From positions 24,864,001 to 24,928,000 of the forward strand of contig CM075987.1 in assembly GCA_038087875.1 (NCBI GenBank): a stretch of 64,000 bases of DNA. The letters run 5' to 3'. This DNA comes from Malacoraja senta (taxonomy: Eukaryota). Positions within the stretch are counted from its first letter, which is position 1; each line of letters opens with the position of its first letter. This document shows positions 1 to 12,053 of this stretch, piece after piece. The translations under genes and the position numbers were made by a program. The notes beneath the pieces were generated by a model, which was not told the origin of the DNA, did not search any database, and was given only the letters and a program-made list of their open reading frames with translations.

Positions 1-644
1 TATTGAATGGCGGTGCAGGCTCGAAGGGCCGAATGGCCTACTCCTGCACCTATTTTCTATGTATCTATGTATCTATGTATATTTGAACTAAAAGGATGTT
101 TCTACTAGTGGGAGAGTCTCGGACCAGAGGGCACAGTGTCAGAATAAAAGGATGTATCTTTGGAATCTTATTTGTGGAATTCCCTGCTACAGAGGGCAGT
201 GGAGGCCAAATCACTGGATGGAATTAAGAGAGAGTTAGATAGAGCTCTAGGGGCTGGTGGAGTCACGGGATACGGGGAGAAGGCAGGCACGGGTTATTGA
301 TTGGGTTAATCAGCCATGATCGCAATGAATGGTGGTGCTGGCTCGAAGGGCCGAATGGCCTCCTCCTGCACCTATTTTCTATCTTTACTAAAGTGATGAT
401 ACCCTAACCTTATCACAACTGAAATTGAATCTGGCTGATGTAAAATGTAGAAACCAAGACCTGTAGATGCTGGTTTATATCAAAGATAGACACATTGCTG
501 GAGTCACTGAGTGGGTCAGGCAGCATCTCTGGAGAAACAAGTGATTTTGGGATGGAATAGAAGAAGGGTTTTTACCCAAAATATCACCCATCCTTTTCCT
601 CCAGAGATGATGCCTGACCTGCTGAGTTTCTCCAGCACTCTTGT

Positions 645-1042
645 CATAGTCTTCTCTATATCCCGCAGCTCTGCTCTTACTCCTCATCCCCCTACTCGTA
701 ACAAGGACAGAGTCCCCTATGTCCTCACCTTCCACCCTACCAGCCGTCACATACAACAGATAATCCTCCAACATTTTCGCCACCTTCATCGGGATCCCAC
801 CACTGGCCTCATCTTCCCATTCTCCAATTTCAGTGGTTTCTCCCTCCTTCCCCTTCCCAGCTCTCCCACAGCCTACTGTCTCTGCCTTTATCCCGCACCC
901 CCACCCCAACTTCAGTCTGAACAAGGGTCTCGACCTGAAACGTCACCTAATCCTTCTCTCCATAGATGCTGCCTCACCCGCTGAGTTACTCCAGCATTTT
1001 TGTCAACCTTCGATTTTTCCAGCTTCTGCAGTTCTCTCTTAA
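645..1042 (+). mobile_element. Penelope-like fragment, internally deleted
   Basis: NKDRVPYVLTFHPTSRHIQQIILQHFRHLHRDPTT (linker upstream of the GIY-YIG domain) joined to the terminal unit with a hammerhead-like motif at 917-944. Confidence 0.8.
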
Positions 1043-2389
1043 TCCACACGGTGGGCGTGTTGACCACAGATTGGACGGGCCTGCAGTGCAGCAGATCCCC
1101 ACACGGTGGAAGTGTTGACCACAAATTGGAGCGACCTGTTATGTGAATTCACTGCACATTGGGAGCGCTGTCTACAAATTAGATATTGTGCTCTTTACTG
1201 CAAGATGGTTCTTTATTGCTCTGTGACCCTTTACCTTTCCCCGTAATGCACCAATTGCACAGATGCCAAACTTAGTAAAAGCCCTGAAACCAGGGAAGAT
1301 TTGGGATGAAAATCAAGGAACTGCAGGTGCTGATTTACAACAAAAAAAAACACAAAGTGCTGGAGTAACTCAGCGGGTCAGGCAGCATCTGTGGAGAACA
1401 TGGATAGGTGACGTTTCACAGAGTGCTGGAATAACTCGCGTTTGATGCCCATAGTAAGAGTTACAGCATTGGGCAGCTCATTCAGGGAGTTCATTGTATG
1501 TGTGAAGTGTGTCTTTGATATAGCTGGCATGTTGCTGAGCCAGTTTGATTATGAAAATAGACAATGTGTTCTTCTGCCCTGTAGGATTCACTACTGCAGA
1601 CACATTTGAATTTCACTGTACCTTAATTGGTACATGTGACCATAAACTGACCTTGAAACATTGGGCCTAGAGTTATTTTTCCAGACCCTGCCCACCCAGT
1701 GTTTGATATTTTGAAGTGAATGTAGAATCTTCTCACCTGCTGCTGTTTCTCCCTCTACAGTTATTCTACTTGTTTCTGGTTGATGTGCCAAGGTCGTTGG
1801 AGATCTTCTAATGTCCCCAGTTTTCTATGGTTTGTGATAGATGGGCTTTGTCAACTTGCTGTTCCAAGTACTGCTTGTAAATAGAGGGTGTGGTCAAGGA
1901 TGTCAGGAGATTTCAATCATTAAAGTGATTTTATTTTGCTATAACCAAGTCTATCTAATCTAGTCTTTGTGGAGATGATATGAAGATAAGGCCCTTGTTT
2001 AGACCTTCTCGTGGTTTCAATGGGGATAAATCTTTGAGAAAGATGAACAATGTCCTTTCCTAATTGCTTTGTGGTCACGTTCCTTGTATTTCAGGGTGCT
2101 GGAATGTTGAGCAGAAGTGCTGGAGGAACTCTGAGGGTCAGGCAGCATCTGTGGGGAAAATAGACAATGGCATTTTGGGTTGGAAACCTACAGACTGGAG
2201 TTGGGGGCGAAAGATGGAAAGTGGGGGTGGGACAAAGCCTGGCATGTGGAGGTGGGTGGTTGGCAGATGGATGGAATAAGTAACAAAGTCCAGAGGTGAA
2301 AGTGATAAAACATGTTGGATAAGAAGGGTAGAGGTGTGGAAGATGAAGCCAGAGGGAGGTTTATGGGTGAATGGGACATGGGAGGGGAT

Positions 2390-2929
2390 AGTTCAAGTTC
2401 AAGTGAGTTTATTGTCATGTGTCCCTGATAGGACAATGACATTCTTGCTTTGCTTCAGCACAACAGAACATAGTAGGCATTGACTACAAAATAGATCAGT
2501 GTGTCCATATACCATTATATAAATATATACACACATGAATAAATAAACTGATGAAGTACAAATAACATATAATGGGCTATTAATGTTCAGAGTTTTGTCC
2601 GAGCCAAGTTTAATAGCCTGATGGCTGTGGGGAAGTAGCTATTCCTGACATGGATGTTGCAGTCTTCAGCCTCCTGTACCTTCTACCTGAAGGTAGCGGG
2701 GAGATGAGTGTGTGGCCAGGATGATGTGGGTCCTTGATGATGCTGCCAGCCTTTTTGAGGCAGCGACTGCGATAGATCCCCTCGATGGAAGGAAGGTCAT
2801 AGCCGATGATGGACTGGGCAGTGTTTACTAATTTGTGTAATCTTTTCCTCTCCAAGGCGCTCATGTTGCTGAACCAAGCCACGATGCAACCGGTCAGCAC
2901 GCTCTCTAGTGTGCACCTGTAGAAGTTAA
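2390..2929 (-). mobile_element. Rex1/Babar-clade LINE 3' end
   Basis: FYRCTLESVLTGCIVAW..AQSIIG..LPSIEGIY..IIKDPHHPGH..LPSGRRYR; 3' aataaa followed by a cttgaa repeat tail. Confidence 0.85.
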
Positions 2930-3531
2930 AGGCCTGTCTCATGAGTCTGCGGTCATTGGCGGCGAAACGGGAAGAATCTGCCGCCATAGACCGCGCACTC
3001 GTGAGAACGTACAATTCCGGGGCCGTGCGGCGGTGTTCCCAACACCGCACGGTGCTAAAATAAAACCGACAATGTTGAAAACAATAATCTTACCGCACAA
3101 CCTCCACCAGTGATGCACAAGTGCGGCGCGGCCGCCCGCACGGGCCGCCACCAGTGTGGCTCGAGCGCCGTGCCTCAAACCTCCACTGCCACAGCCTCCG
3201 CCAGTGAGGCCGTGCCTCCGCCAGTGAGGCACGTGTGCGGCACGGCCGCAGGCACAGCCACTGCTACAGCGCCACGATCAGGACGGCCGCCGCCACAGCC
3301 GCCGCTGGTGAGTCACGTGCGGCGGGCCGACGTCATCGCAGTCGGCCCGCCCTTTTTTTTACTTACCGCAAGCACGTGGGACCCGCCGTGTTTGAATTAC
3401 TCGGCCCCCGCGCAGCATCCGTGAGGCGCTCCGGTGGATAGGCTCGATGCTCTCGCCGTTGCCGTGCGGTCCCCACTACCGGCGACGCCGCGCTTCACCG
3501 CCGATGACCGCAAACAGGTAAGACAGAGCCT
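2930..3531. mobile_element. PIF/Harbinger-type MITE, diverged
   Basis: TAA flanks; imperfect TIRs aggcctgtctc..gtctgcggtcattggcggcgaaacg versus cgcttcaccgccgatgaccgcaaac..agacagagcct. Confidence 0.65.
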
Positions 3532-3534
3532 TAA

Positions 3535-4988
3535 TATTCAGTACCCATTCATAAGGATCATTGTAGATACCTAAAATTTAACTGGATGGGGCAACTATGG
3601 CAGTATAAAGCGTTGCCTAATGGGTTAACATCAGCCCCAAGACTATTTACCAAGATATTGAAACCAGCCTTGGCAATACTAAGGAAACAAAAACATATTG
3701 TTATGGCATAACTTGATGATATTTTGATTATGGGGAAAACCCTGGAATTAGCTAAATCAGCGGTTTTAGCTACCAAACATCTGTTTGAAACACTGGGGTT
3801 TATCATACATACATCTAAGTTGACACCATCCACAACTATGGACTATCTGGGATTCACAATTAACTCTGTCCACATGTCTGTAACATTGCCAAAGGACAAA
3901 GCAGCAGATTTGGTGGAAGCCTGCAACAAATTGATTGTTACTAATCAACCATCTATTCGACAGGTGGCAAAAGTGATTGGGAAACTAGTAGCAGCATTTC
4001 CAGCTACTCAGTTTGGACCTTTGCATTACCAAAATTTACAAAGGGCAAAGGTGCAAGCGCTAAAACAACATGAAGGTCATTTTGATCGACATATGCAATT
4101 ACCAGCCAAAGCAATTTCGGAGTTACAATGGTGGAGAGAAAACATTTGGCATAGTTCCAGCCCCATCGTTATCAGTAACCCATCATTCACATTACAAACG
4201 GATACCAGTGCTCAGGGCTGGGGAGCAACTAACACTATATCTAGTACTGGTGGTAGATGGAACATACAAGAATCATCACTACTACAGACACTGGGTACAA
4301 ATTACTTAGAAATGTTGGGTGCGTTTTATGGGCTAAAAGCTTACTGTTCAGCTATGCACCATTTGCATGTCTGCCTACAAATTGACAATACCACAGTGGT
4401 GGCTTATATTAATCATATGGGTGGAATAAAATCGATATCGTGTGACGATCTGGTCAGCACAATCTGGCAATGGTGTGTCGACAGACATATTTGGCTATCA
4501 GCAACTTACCTGCCAGGTAAGCTCAATACAGTGGCAGACACCAGGTCACGAAAATTTAATGACAACACCGAATGGATGTTGAACCACAAAGTATTTGCTG
4601 ATAGTACAATGCGGTATGGTACACCTGATATCGATCTCTTTGCATCCAGACTGAATCACCAGTTACCAACATATGTCGCTTGGGAACCAGACCCTGAGGC
4701 AGCAGCGATGGACGCTTTTTCGCTGAATTGGGGAAAATTGTTTTTCTATGCCTTCCCCCCCTTCTGCCTCATCAGTCGGGTCCTACGCAAAATACAAATG
4801 GACTCAGCTTCAGGTATTTTGGTAGTGCCCGATTGGCATACACAGCCATGATTCCCTGTGGTCCTCGACATGGTCTCTGAACCACTCATGCCCATTCCCA
4901 AAAGACCAGATCTCTTGGTCCATCCTGTTACGGGCGAAAGTCATCCGTGCCATGACAGGATAAATCTGTGGCTTGAAGAATTTGAATA
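3535..4988 (+). pseudogene. DIRS pol: reverse transcriptase + RNase H + Dam-like methyltransferase domain
   Basis: YSVPIH..ALPNGLTSAPRLFTK..MA*LDD (YLDD with TAA at 3709-3711), YLGFTI, RNaseH motifs TDTSAQGWGA/NYLEM/IDNTTVVAYIN/NTVADTRSR, MTase-like DLFAS..YAFPPF. A further stop at 4849-4851. Confidence 0.9.
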
Positions 4989-5023
4989 GACCTCTGTTGG
5001 ATCTGGGATAATCGGACAGGACC

Positions 5024-6066
5024 ATGAACATGATCACGGCGGCCTCCCGAGAATCGACTAAGAAGCAGTACCTCTCCAGCATTCGGAAGTGGGAAACGTA
5101 CTGCTCAAGGACTGGGGTAGCATACAAATCAGCTACAATTACCAATGTCCTGGAGTTCCTATCCAGCCATCACTTTGATCTTGTTCTTCTTTTCGTGTCT
5201 TTGAAGCTGGTTGGCTATGACAGTTTCCCATTCCTTTACAATTGACTGCGTTACAGCACAATTAACAGTGCTAGGAGTGCTCTGTCAGCATATTAATGGC
5301 AGGCACCGGGACAGCAGTCCATGGGATCCCACCCTCTAGTTGCCAAACTAATGAGGGGTATCTACAACACCAATCCCCCCAGACCAAGGTACACCCAGAT
5401 CTGGGACGTCAGTGTTGTACTGACATTGCTAAGGGGTTGGTCACCAGCAATGTCCCTGTCCCTGGAACAGCTCACACTAAAAACCGTAATGCTGATGGCT
5501 TTGGTCTCAGCAACTAGAGGGTGGGATCCCATGGACTGCTGTCCCGGTGCCTGCCATTAATATGCTGACAGAGCACTCCTATACAAATTAAGATTGGACA
5601 ATATGAAAACATCAACTGACAAGATAACCTTCCGGATTTTGGAGTTGGTCAAACAGAATAGACCGGGAACTTCGGGACTGAGTTTGGAATTCCGGGCATA
5701 CCCACCTGACCCCCGTTTGTGTGTCATGACACACCTACTGCTTTATCTTAGGAAAACAAAAGCCTTAAGAGGAAGCGAAATGGCATTATGGGTAGCTTCA
5801 AACAGCCTCATGGACGGGTGTCAGTACAGACCATCTCAAGATGGCTCAGACAGGTTCTGGGGGCTGCTGGGGTGCATACTGACATTTTTAAATCTCACTC
5901 CACCAGGGCAGCAGCAACATCGGTGGCCAGAAATATGGAGGTACCAATGGACCATATCCTGGCGACAGCAGGATGGTCTACGGAAAAGACTTTCCAAATA
6001 TGTTATAATAAGCCGATCGCCAAACCTGCAGTGTTTGCAGAAAGAATTTTAAGTTCTGCAATATAA
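5024..6066 (+). pseudogene. DIRS tyrosine recombinase, frameshifted
   Basis: Pieces in ORFs 5024, 5321, 5594 and 5788: YSTINSARSALS, HPLV..LMRGIYN..P..PRY..IWDV, TISRWL..AGV..FKSHSTRAAATS..AGWS..TF...Y. Confidence 0.88.
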
Positions 6067-6264
6067 TTTAGCCCAAGGGAGCATTATTTTCTTTGTTAAA
6101 AAATAAATCGTTATTGTTTTTAAAAATTGATTCATGTTTAATTACGATGACATACTTCCTCCCTTGGGTGACTTCGGCAGTGAGTGAGGCATGGATTTGT
6201 TCCACGGCATGAAATCACACATCTTTAAAATCTTCACGTAGTCACTCACGTAACTCCGAAGTAA

Positions 6265-6554
6265 AATAGTAAGATTAAACGAGAACTTACCAGTTTGAGG
6301 ATTGATCTTTATTTTATGAGGAGTTACGTCGAGGGATTACGTGCCCTCCACGCCCACCCTCTTACAAAGGTCAACTGGTATCCTAGTTCTTCTTATCTAC
6401 TATGTTTATTTCATTACTATTGTGATTCCACACCGCTGCTTTGAAGAATTCGCGCATGCGTGCTGGCGGGGTCTTCACGTAATCCCTCGACGTAACTCCT
6501 CATAAAATAAAGATCTAACCTCAAACTGGTAAGTTTTCGTTTAATCTTACTATT
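6265..6554. repeat. About 79-bp inverted repeat pair (DIRS internal complementary region / right terminal repeat)
   Basis: aatagtaagattaaacgagaacttaccagtttgagg...gagggattacgtg (6265-6343) is the near-perfect reverse complement of 6476-6554. Confidence 0.88.
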
Positions 6555-6878
6555 ATTACCTCTTTAATAATTGACTCCAGCATCTTTCCCACCACCGGTC
6601 AGGCTAACTGGTCTGTAATTCCCCGTTTTCTCTCTCGCTCCTTTCTGGAAAAGTGGGATAACATTAGCTATCCTGCAATCCACAGGAACTGATCCTGAAT
6701 CTATTGAACATTGGAAAATGATCACCAATGCGTCCACTATTTCTTGAGCCACCACCCTGAGGACCCTGGGATGCAGACCATCAGGTCCAGGGGATTTATC
6801 ATCCTTCAGTCCCATTAGCCTACCCAATACTATTTCTCGCCTAATGAAAAATGCTTTCAGTTCCTCTACCCCCTTAGA
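6555..6878 (-). mobile_element. CR1 LINE ORF2 fragment
   Basis: KSPGPDGLHPRVL..ANVIPLFQKG..GNYRPVSLT. Confidence 0.85.
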
Positions 6879-7124
6879 GAGCTAGCTCTCTCTACTTTCA
6901 TTGCATAGGCCTTGATGAGCGTCTTGAATTCTAGAAATGTAGCATTAGTGTATAGTCAAATGCTGTTCATTTTAGGTTATTGATTGTGACATGAAAACAG
7001 CATGAAAGAGAAAGGTGCAAGTACCTTTTGGCTTTTTTCAATCTTGCACATAACATATGGTACAAGAATATTACCAGGAATTTTCAGTGCCATGTTAAAT
7101 CATGATATGTGTATTAATATCCTC

Positions 7125-7900
7125 AAAGGTACACAAAAATGCGGGAGAAACTCAGCGGGTGCAGCAGCATCTATGGAGCGAAGGAAATAGGCAACGTCTC
7201 GGGCCAAAACCCTTCTTCAGACTGATGGGGGGTGGGGAGAAGAAAGGAAAAAGGCGGAGGAGGAGCCCGAGGACTGAGGGATGGGAGGAGGAGCCGGAGG
7301 GCTGAGGAGGGGGAGGAGACAGCAAGGGCTAGCAAAATTGGGAGAATTCAATGTTCATGTCACCAGGATGCAAACTACCCAAGCGGAATATGAGGTGCAT
7401 TTCCTCCAATTTCCGGTGTTGCTCGCTCTGGCCATGGAGGAGACCGAGGACAGAAAGGTAGGATACGGAATGGGAGGAGGAGTTGAAGTGCTAAGCCACC
7501 GGGAGGTCAGGTTGGTAATTGCAGACCGAGCGGAGGTATTCGGCGAAACGATCGCCAAGCCTCCGCTTGGTCTCACCGATGTAGATCAGCTGACATCTAG
7601 AGCAGCGGATACAATAGATGAGGTTGGAGGAGATGCAGGTGAACCTCTGTCGCACCTGGAACGACTGCTTGGGTCCTTGAATGGAGTCGAGGGGGGAGGT
7701 GAAGGGACAAGTGTTGCATCTCTTGCGGTTGCAAGGGAAAGTGCCCGGGGAGGGGGTGGTACGGGAGGGAAGGGAAGAATTGACAAGGGAGTTACGGAGG
7801 GAGCGGTCTTTGCGGAAGGCAGACATGGGGGGAGATGGGAAGATGTGGCGAGTGGTGGGGTCACGTTGGAGGTGGCGGAACTGACGGAGGATTACTTGTT
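7125..7900 (-). mobile_element. Penelope-like retroelement 3' part with GIY-YIG endonuclease
   Basis: ORF 7491-7826: C..C..C..FTCISSNLIYCIRCSRCQLIYIGETKRRLGDRFAE; followed by a terminal unit with a hammerhead-like motif at 7193-7220. Confidence 0.92.
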
Positions 7901-8196
7901 GGGCGAAACTGACGGAGGATTACTTGTTGGGCGAAACTGACGGAGGATTACTTGTTGGGCGAAACTGATGGAGGATTGATTACTTGTTGGGCGAAACTGA
8001 TGGAGGATTACTTGTTGGGCGAAACTGACGGATTGATTACTTGTTGGGCGAAACCGACGGAGGATTACTTGTTGGGCGAAACTGATGGAGGATTGATTAC
8101 TTGTTGGTTGAAACTGATGGAGGATTGATTACTTGTTGGGTGAAACTGATGGAGGATTACTTGTTGGGCGAAACTGATGGAGGATTGATTACTTGT
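7878..8196. repeat. Minisatellite, about 11 units of 28-32 bp
   Basis: Tandem gaaactgacggaggattacttgttgggc, with or without an extra GATT; no spacers. Confidence 0.92.
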
Positions 8197-8610
8197 GTAA
8201 TAACCTCAATGTTGCTTCTTACTTTATAAGGTGAACATTTACAACAATAATGCCAATCTACTCATTATCCAGCTTGACGGTAAAATAAGCTGCAGGTCTT
8301 AATTTGTAACTTTTTAAATGAAAAATGGTATAACCTACTATTTTATTATCAATCTGAAATAGAAGTGGGAGGAAACAAAGCCTGGCAAGTTATAGGTGGA
8401 TACAGGCAAGGAGGTTTTATTGGCGGAAGGGCGGATAAACACAAATAAAAAAGAGACAAGGCTGTCAGATAATGAGAGAAAATGGGTGAAATACAATGCA
8501 GAAGGAGGGAGATAATGGGCTTATATTCACTGGAATTTAGACTGGGCTTATATTCACTGGAATTTCGACCATTCTATTCCTTCCTCCAGTTCTGGGGGGG
8601 GGGGGGGTCC

Positions 8611-8897
8611 TGTGGCGCCAGCTAATACACGGGCCACTTATGGTCGAACCCTCGTCAGTAGGTACGAGGGCTGGCACGTGACGTCATGGGCTAGAGGGAG
8701 TGTCCTGCTACTTAAGGTTATCTCACCTCGAGACCTTAGCAGTCAACAGGTAGCTGAGCCTAAGAGAACAGCCTCGCTCAGCTACAGCAGCAATGAGAAT
8801 ATAGTTAGCGCACCAACCTAACGTGTAGAACCTGAATACACGACTGTTTGAACCTGCCTGACGTCTGGCCTTATTCACCATGTTTGGTGCCGCTACA
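8611..8897. mobile_element. Probable solo LTR
   Basis: 287 bp with TG...CA ends and short imperfect inverted termini tgtggcg / cgctaca; no clean TSD. Confidence 0.5.
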
Positions 8898-10184
8898 GGG
8901 GTAACTTTATCACACAAAGGGTGATGGGTGTATGGAACGAGCTGCCAGAAGAGGTAGTTGAGACTGGGACTATCCCAACATTTAAGAAACAGTTAGACAG
9001 GTACATGGATAGGACTGGTTTGGAGGGATATGGACCAAACGCAGGCAGGTGGGACTAATGTAGCTGGGACATGTTGGCTGGTCTGAGCAAGTTGGGCAGA
9101 AGGGCCTGTTTCCACACTGTATCACTCTATAATCTTTAGAAAATTAAATAGTTCATGTCCAGCATTCAGCTGAATCTGGACGACATTCAGCGTAGACTAA
9201 ACAGTGGCAAGTAACATTCATACACAGAAGAATCAAAGATCAGCTCCAAAAATGGAGAATCGAACCGCATACAGATGATGTTCAATCGCATTAGCATTGC
9301 CAAGTCACACCAACATTCTGGGATCGTCACTGGCCAGAACTCAACTAGATCACACACAATTACTGTGGCTACAAGAGCTGGTCAGGGATTGTAGTAACCC
9401 ATCTACTCATGTCCCGAAGTTTTCAACCAGATGCAAGGCAGGAGCTTGATAGGATTCTATCCATTTGCATCAATTAATGCATCTCCAACAGCATTCCCAT
9501 AGTTGAGATCATTATTCAAAGCAGCTCACCTGTTTTGCATTCCACTGAAACAAGATAGATATTCTTTCCCCACACCTCCATTGTGCTAGGACTAGCTTTT
9601 ATAACTCACTTGCCGGTCAAGAAGTCAACAGGACATTATCACATGTACAACGAGGCAGGTGCTCTCTCTTTAATGAGATGATGAAGGGAGCCAAGAGGCC
9701 ATCTCCACTTAAAAACTGATCTCTGCAGCAATGATGCCTTTCGAAGTTCACTCTAGTGCACAAGTATGCAGGTAAAGTGTGGCACCCAGGGAAGACTTTG
9801 TTCTTAAAAGCAAATAGCATGGAGGAATAATTTATAAGAACCAATAAACAATTGGGAAAATACCACAGCTGAGAAAGGTGGGTATAGGATCAGGAACATT
9901 CAGGAGTTAATATACAAAACCAAAGTATTAAATACAATGGAAGCAGAGGATCATTGGGATTATTTCTACCGCAAAAACTGAAGCCAGAGGGAGAAGAGCC
10001 ATCTTGCTGGAAGTAATAGTCTGCTTTTTAACAAGAAAAAGGTTTTAAAAACCGGTGGGAAGAGTTGCAGTTTTTCAGTATTGCTGATTGTGGAGGCAGA
10101 ACATAAGTGTGAAGCAGGTGTCCGACAGGCTTGTCTGGAGGGGGAGGGGGAGAAAACAAAGCCTGGCAAGTGATCTAAAAGCAT

Positions 10185-10800
10185 TTATTTCAAGAGAATT
10201 AGAATATAAAAACAGGGATGTAATGCTGTGGCTTTAGAAGGCACTGGTCAGACTGCATTTGGAGTATTGTGAGCAGTTTTGGGCCTAAATCTGCGGTGTG
10301 GGCTGGCTGTGCCGACATCCAGAGGTGGTTTACGTGAATGATCCCGGGGACGATTGGGTTAACGTATGAGCGTTTGACCACTCAAGACCTGTACTCACTG
10401 GAGTTTGGAAAGATGAGAGAGGACCTCATTGAAACTTACAGAATAATGATAGGCCTGGATAAGGTGGATGTGGAGAGGATGTTTCCACTAGTGAGATGGT
10501 CTCGGACCACAGGGCACAGCCTCGGAATATAAGGACTTACCTATAGAAAGATAAGGATGCATTTCTTCAGTCAGAGAGTGGTGAATCTGTGGAATGCATT
10601 GCCATAGGTGGCTGTGTAGGCCATGTCATTGTGTATACTTAAAGCAGAGATCGACATGTTCTTGATTAGGAAGGGTGTCAAAGGTTATGGGAGAAAGTAG
10701 GAAAATGGGGTCGAGAAGGAAAGATAGATGAGCCATGATTAAATGGCGGAGTAGACTCACTGGGGCGAATGGTTAAATAAACTCGGTTGACTTATGAACT
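10185..10800 (+). mobile_element. CR1 LINE 3' fragment
   Basis: YERL..LYSLEF..REDLIETYRI..GLDKVDVERMFPL..GHSL. Confidence 0.82.
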
Positions 10801-12053
10801 TGTAAATGCATTTTAAATCGATTACTCAGGAAGGATACAAGTCACATTTACCACTCTGACGGTGACACAAAAACATCTAGGCTTTGCAAGTAAGGCAATT
10901 TGTAATGGGATTATTCGTTTAATGAAAGCAAAAGTGTTTTGCATACTTCTGGCATGAGTATTTTGTGGTATTATCAGATGCTTGTAATCATGGGAAATAT
11001 TAATGCAGTTTGTCACCCATGTTTACATGCAATTCTACAGTAGTTTTTAATGTCCAATGTTCCAATGACAGTCTAGGGTTGTCTACGACTTGTGTCTGAG
11101 TCCTGTCATTGGTTGGAATGACCAGTACCTAAAACCAAGCATTCCACATCACCTCATCAGTGGAATCAATGCTACACTGCACGGTGTGCTACCTTAGCAA
11201 AGGAGCAGGAACAGTAACCCAGCTCTCACCTCTAGAATTGCATGTAAACTAAATGGTACAATTATATGGGGGATGTTGGGACAGAGACCGCTGCAGATGT
11301 ACAAAGGCAATTTTTAACAATTGCAGAACAAGTTGGTTGAGTAGTCAGTTTAAAAAAGGAACACCGAACCTTTGGAACAGAGAAGCAAAGTATAAAAGCA
11401 AGGTATGCTACATTTTTACAAATCTCTTCTGCACAAGTCTGCTCGAGTGCATTAAACAGCAAGAATGGTATCAAGATGAAAGGTTTCACTTACATGAAAA
11501 ATCCAAAGAAAGTGGGATTGTCGTGCTTAGAGAAGGTTAAAAGGAGTGTTCATAGATCAGTCAGGTACATACGGTTCTTGCCAAAGGCATAAAGGTTTCC
11601 AACCAAGGGATACTGATTTACTGAAAAAGAATCAAGGCAATACTTTTGATCTATTACGTGAAATAGCCAGGCATGTGTAAAGTATGCCTGGGAATCGCGA
11701 GACAATCCATTAATAACTTTGCTTGCCAAATTATAATTCATTCTTCATTACAGAAACTAAACAAGCATATGGCAAATTTGTTGTGCCTCAGCATTCCGTC
11801 CCTCCCTCCTGAATATAAAATTATATTCTGTTCCATAAATACTTTTCTATACCTCAATTAGATGATCTGCACAACATCCCTCTTCAAAGCTAAAAGCATA
11901 ATCAATTCAGTTCCTCAAATATTTTTCTTGACATTCAATTAGACAATGACAGAGCAGTACACAGGCCGTCCCAGAGTAACAAATGCCCCACTTACGAGAA
12001 ACCCATACATGCAGAAAAGCTCCAACATTAAATTCAAAAGTCCGATGTACATA

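Larger units (their letters stand above)
3535..6554 (+). mobile_element. DIRS1-type tyrosine-recombinase retrotransposon, 5'-truncated and degenerate
   Basis: RT/RNaseH/methyltransferase-like frame followed by a frameshifted tyrosine recombinase, and a 3' inverted-repeat structure (6265-6343 vs 6476-6554). Confidence 0.92.

Noticed and set aside
7878..8196. CRISPR-like 28-32-bp repeats, with CTGA..GAAAC resembling a hammerhead core
   Set aside because: No unique spacers, eukaryotic context and no stem II pairing; it is a plain minisatellite.
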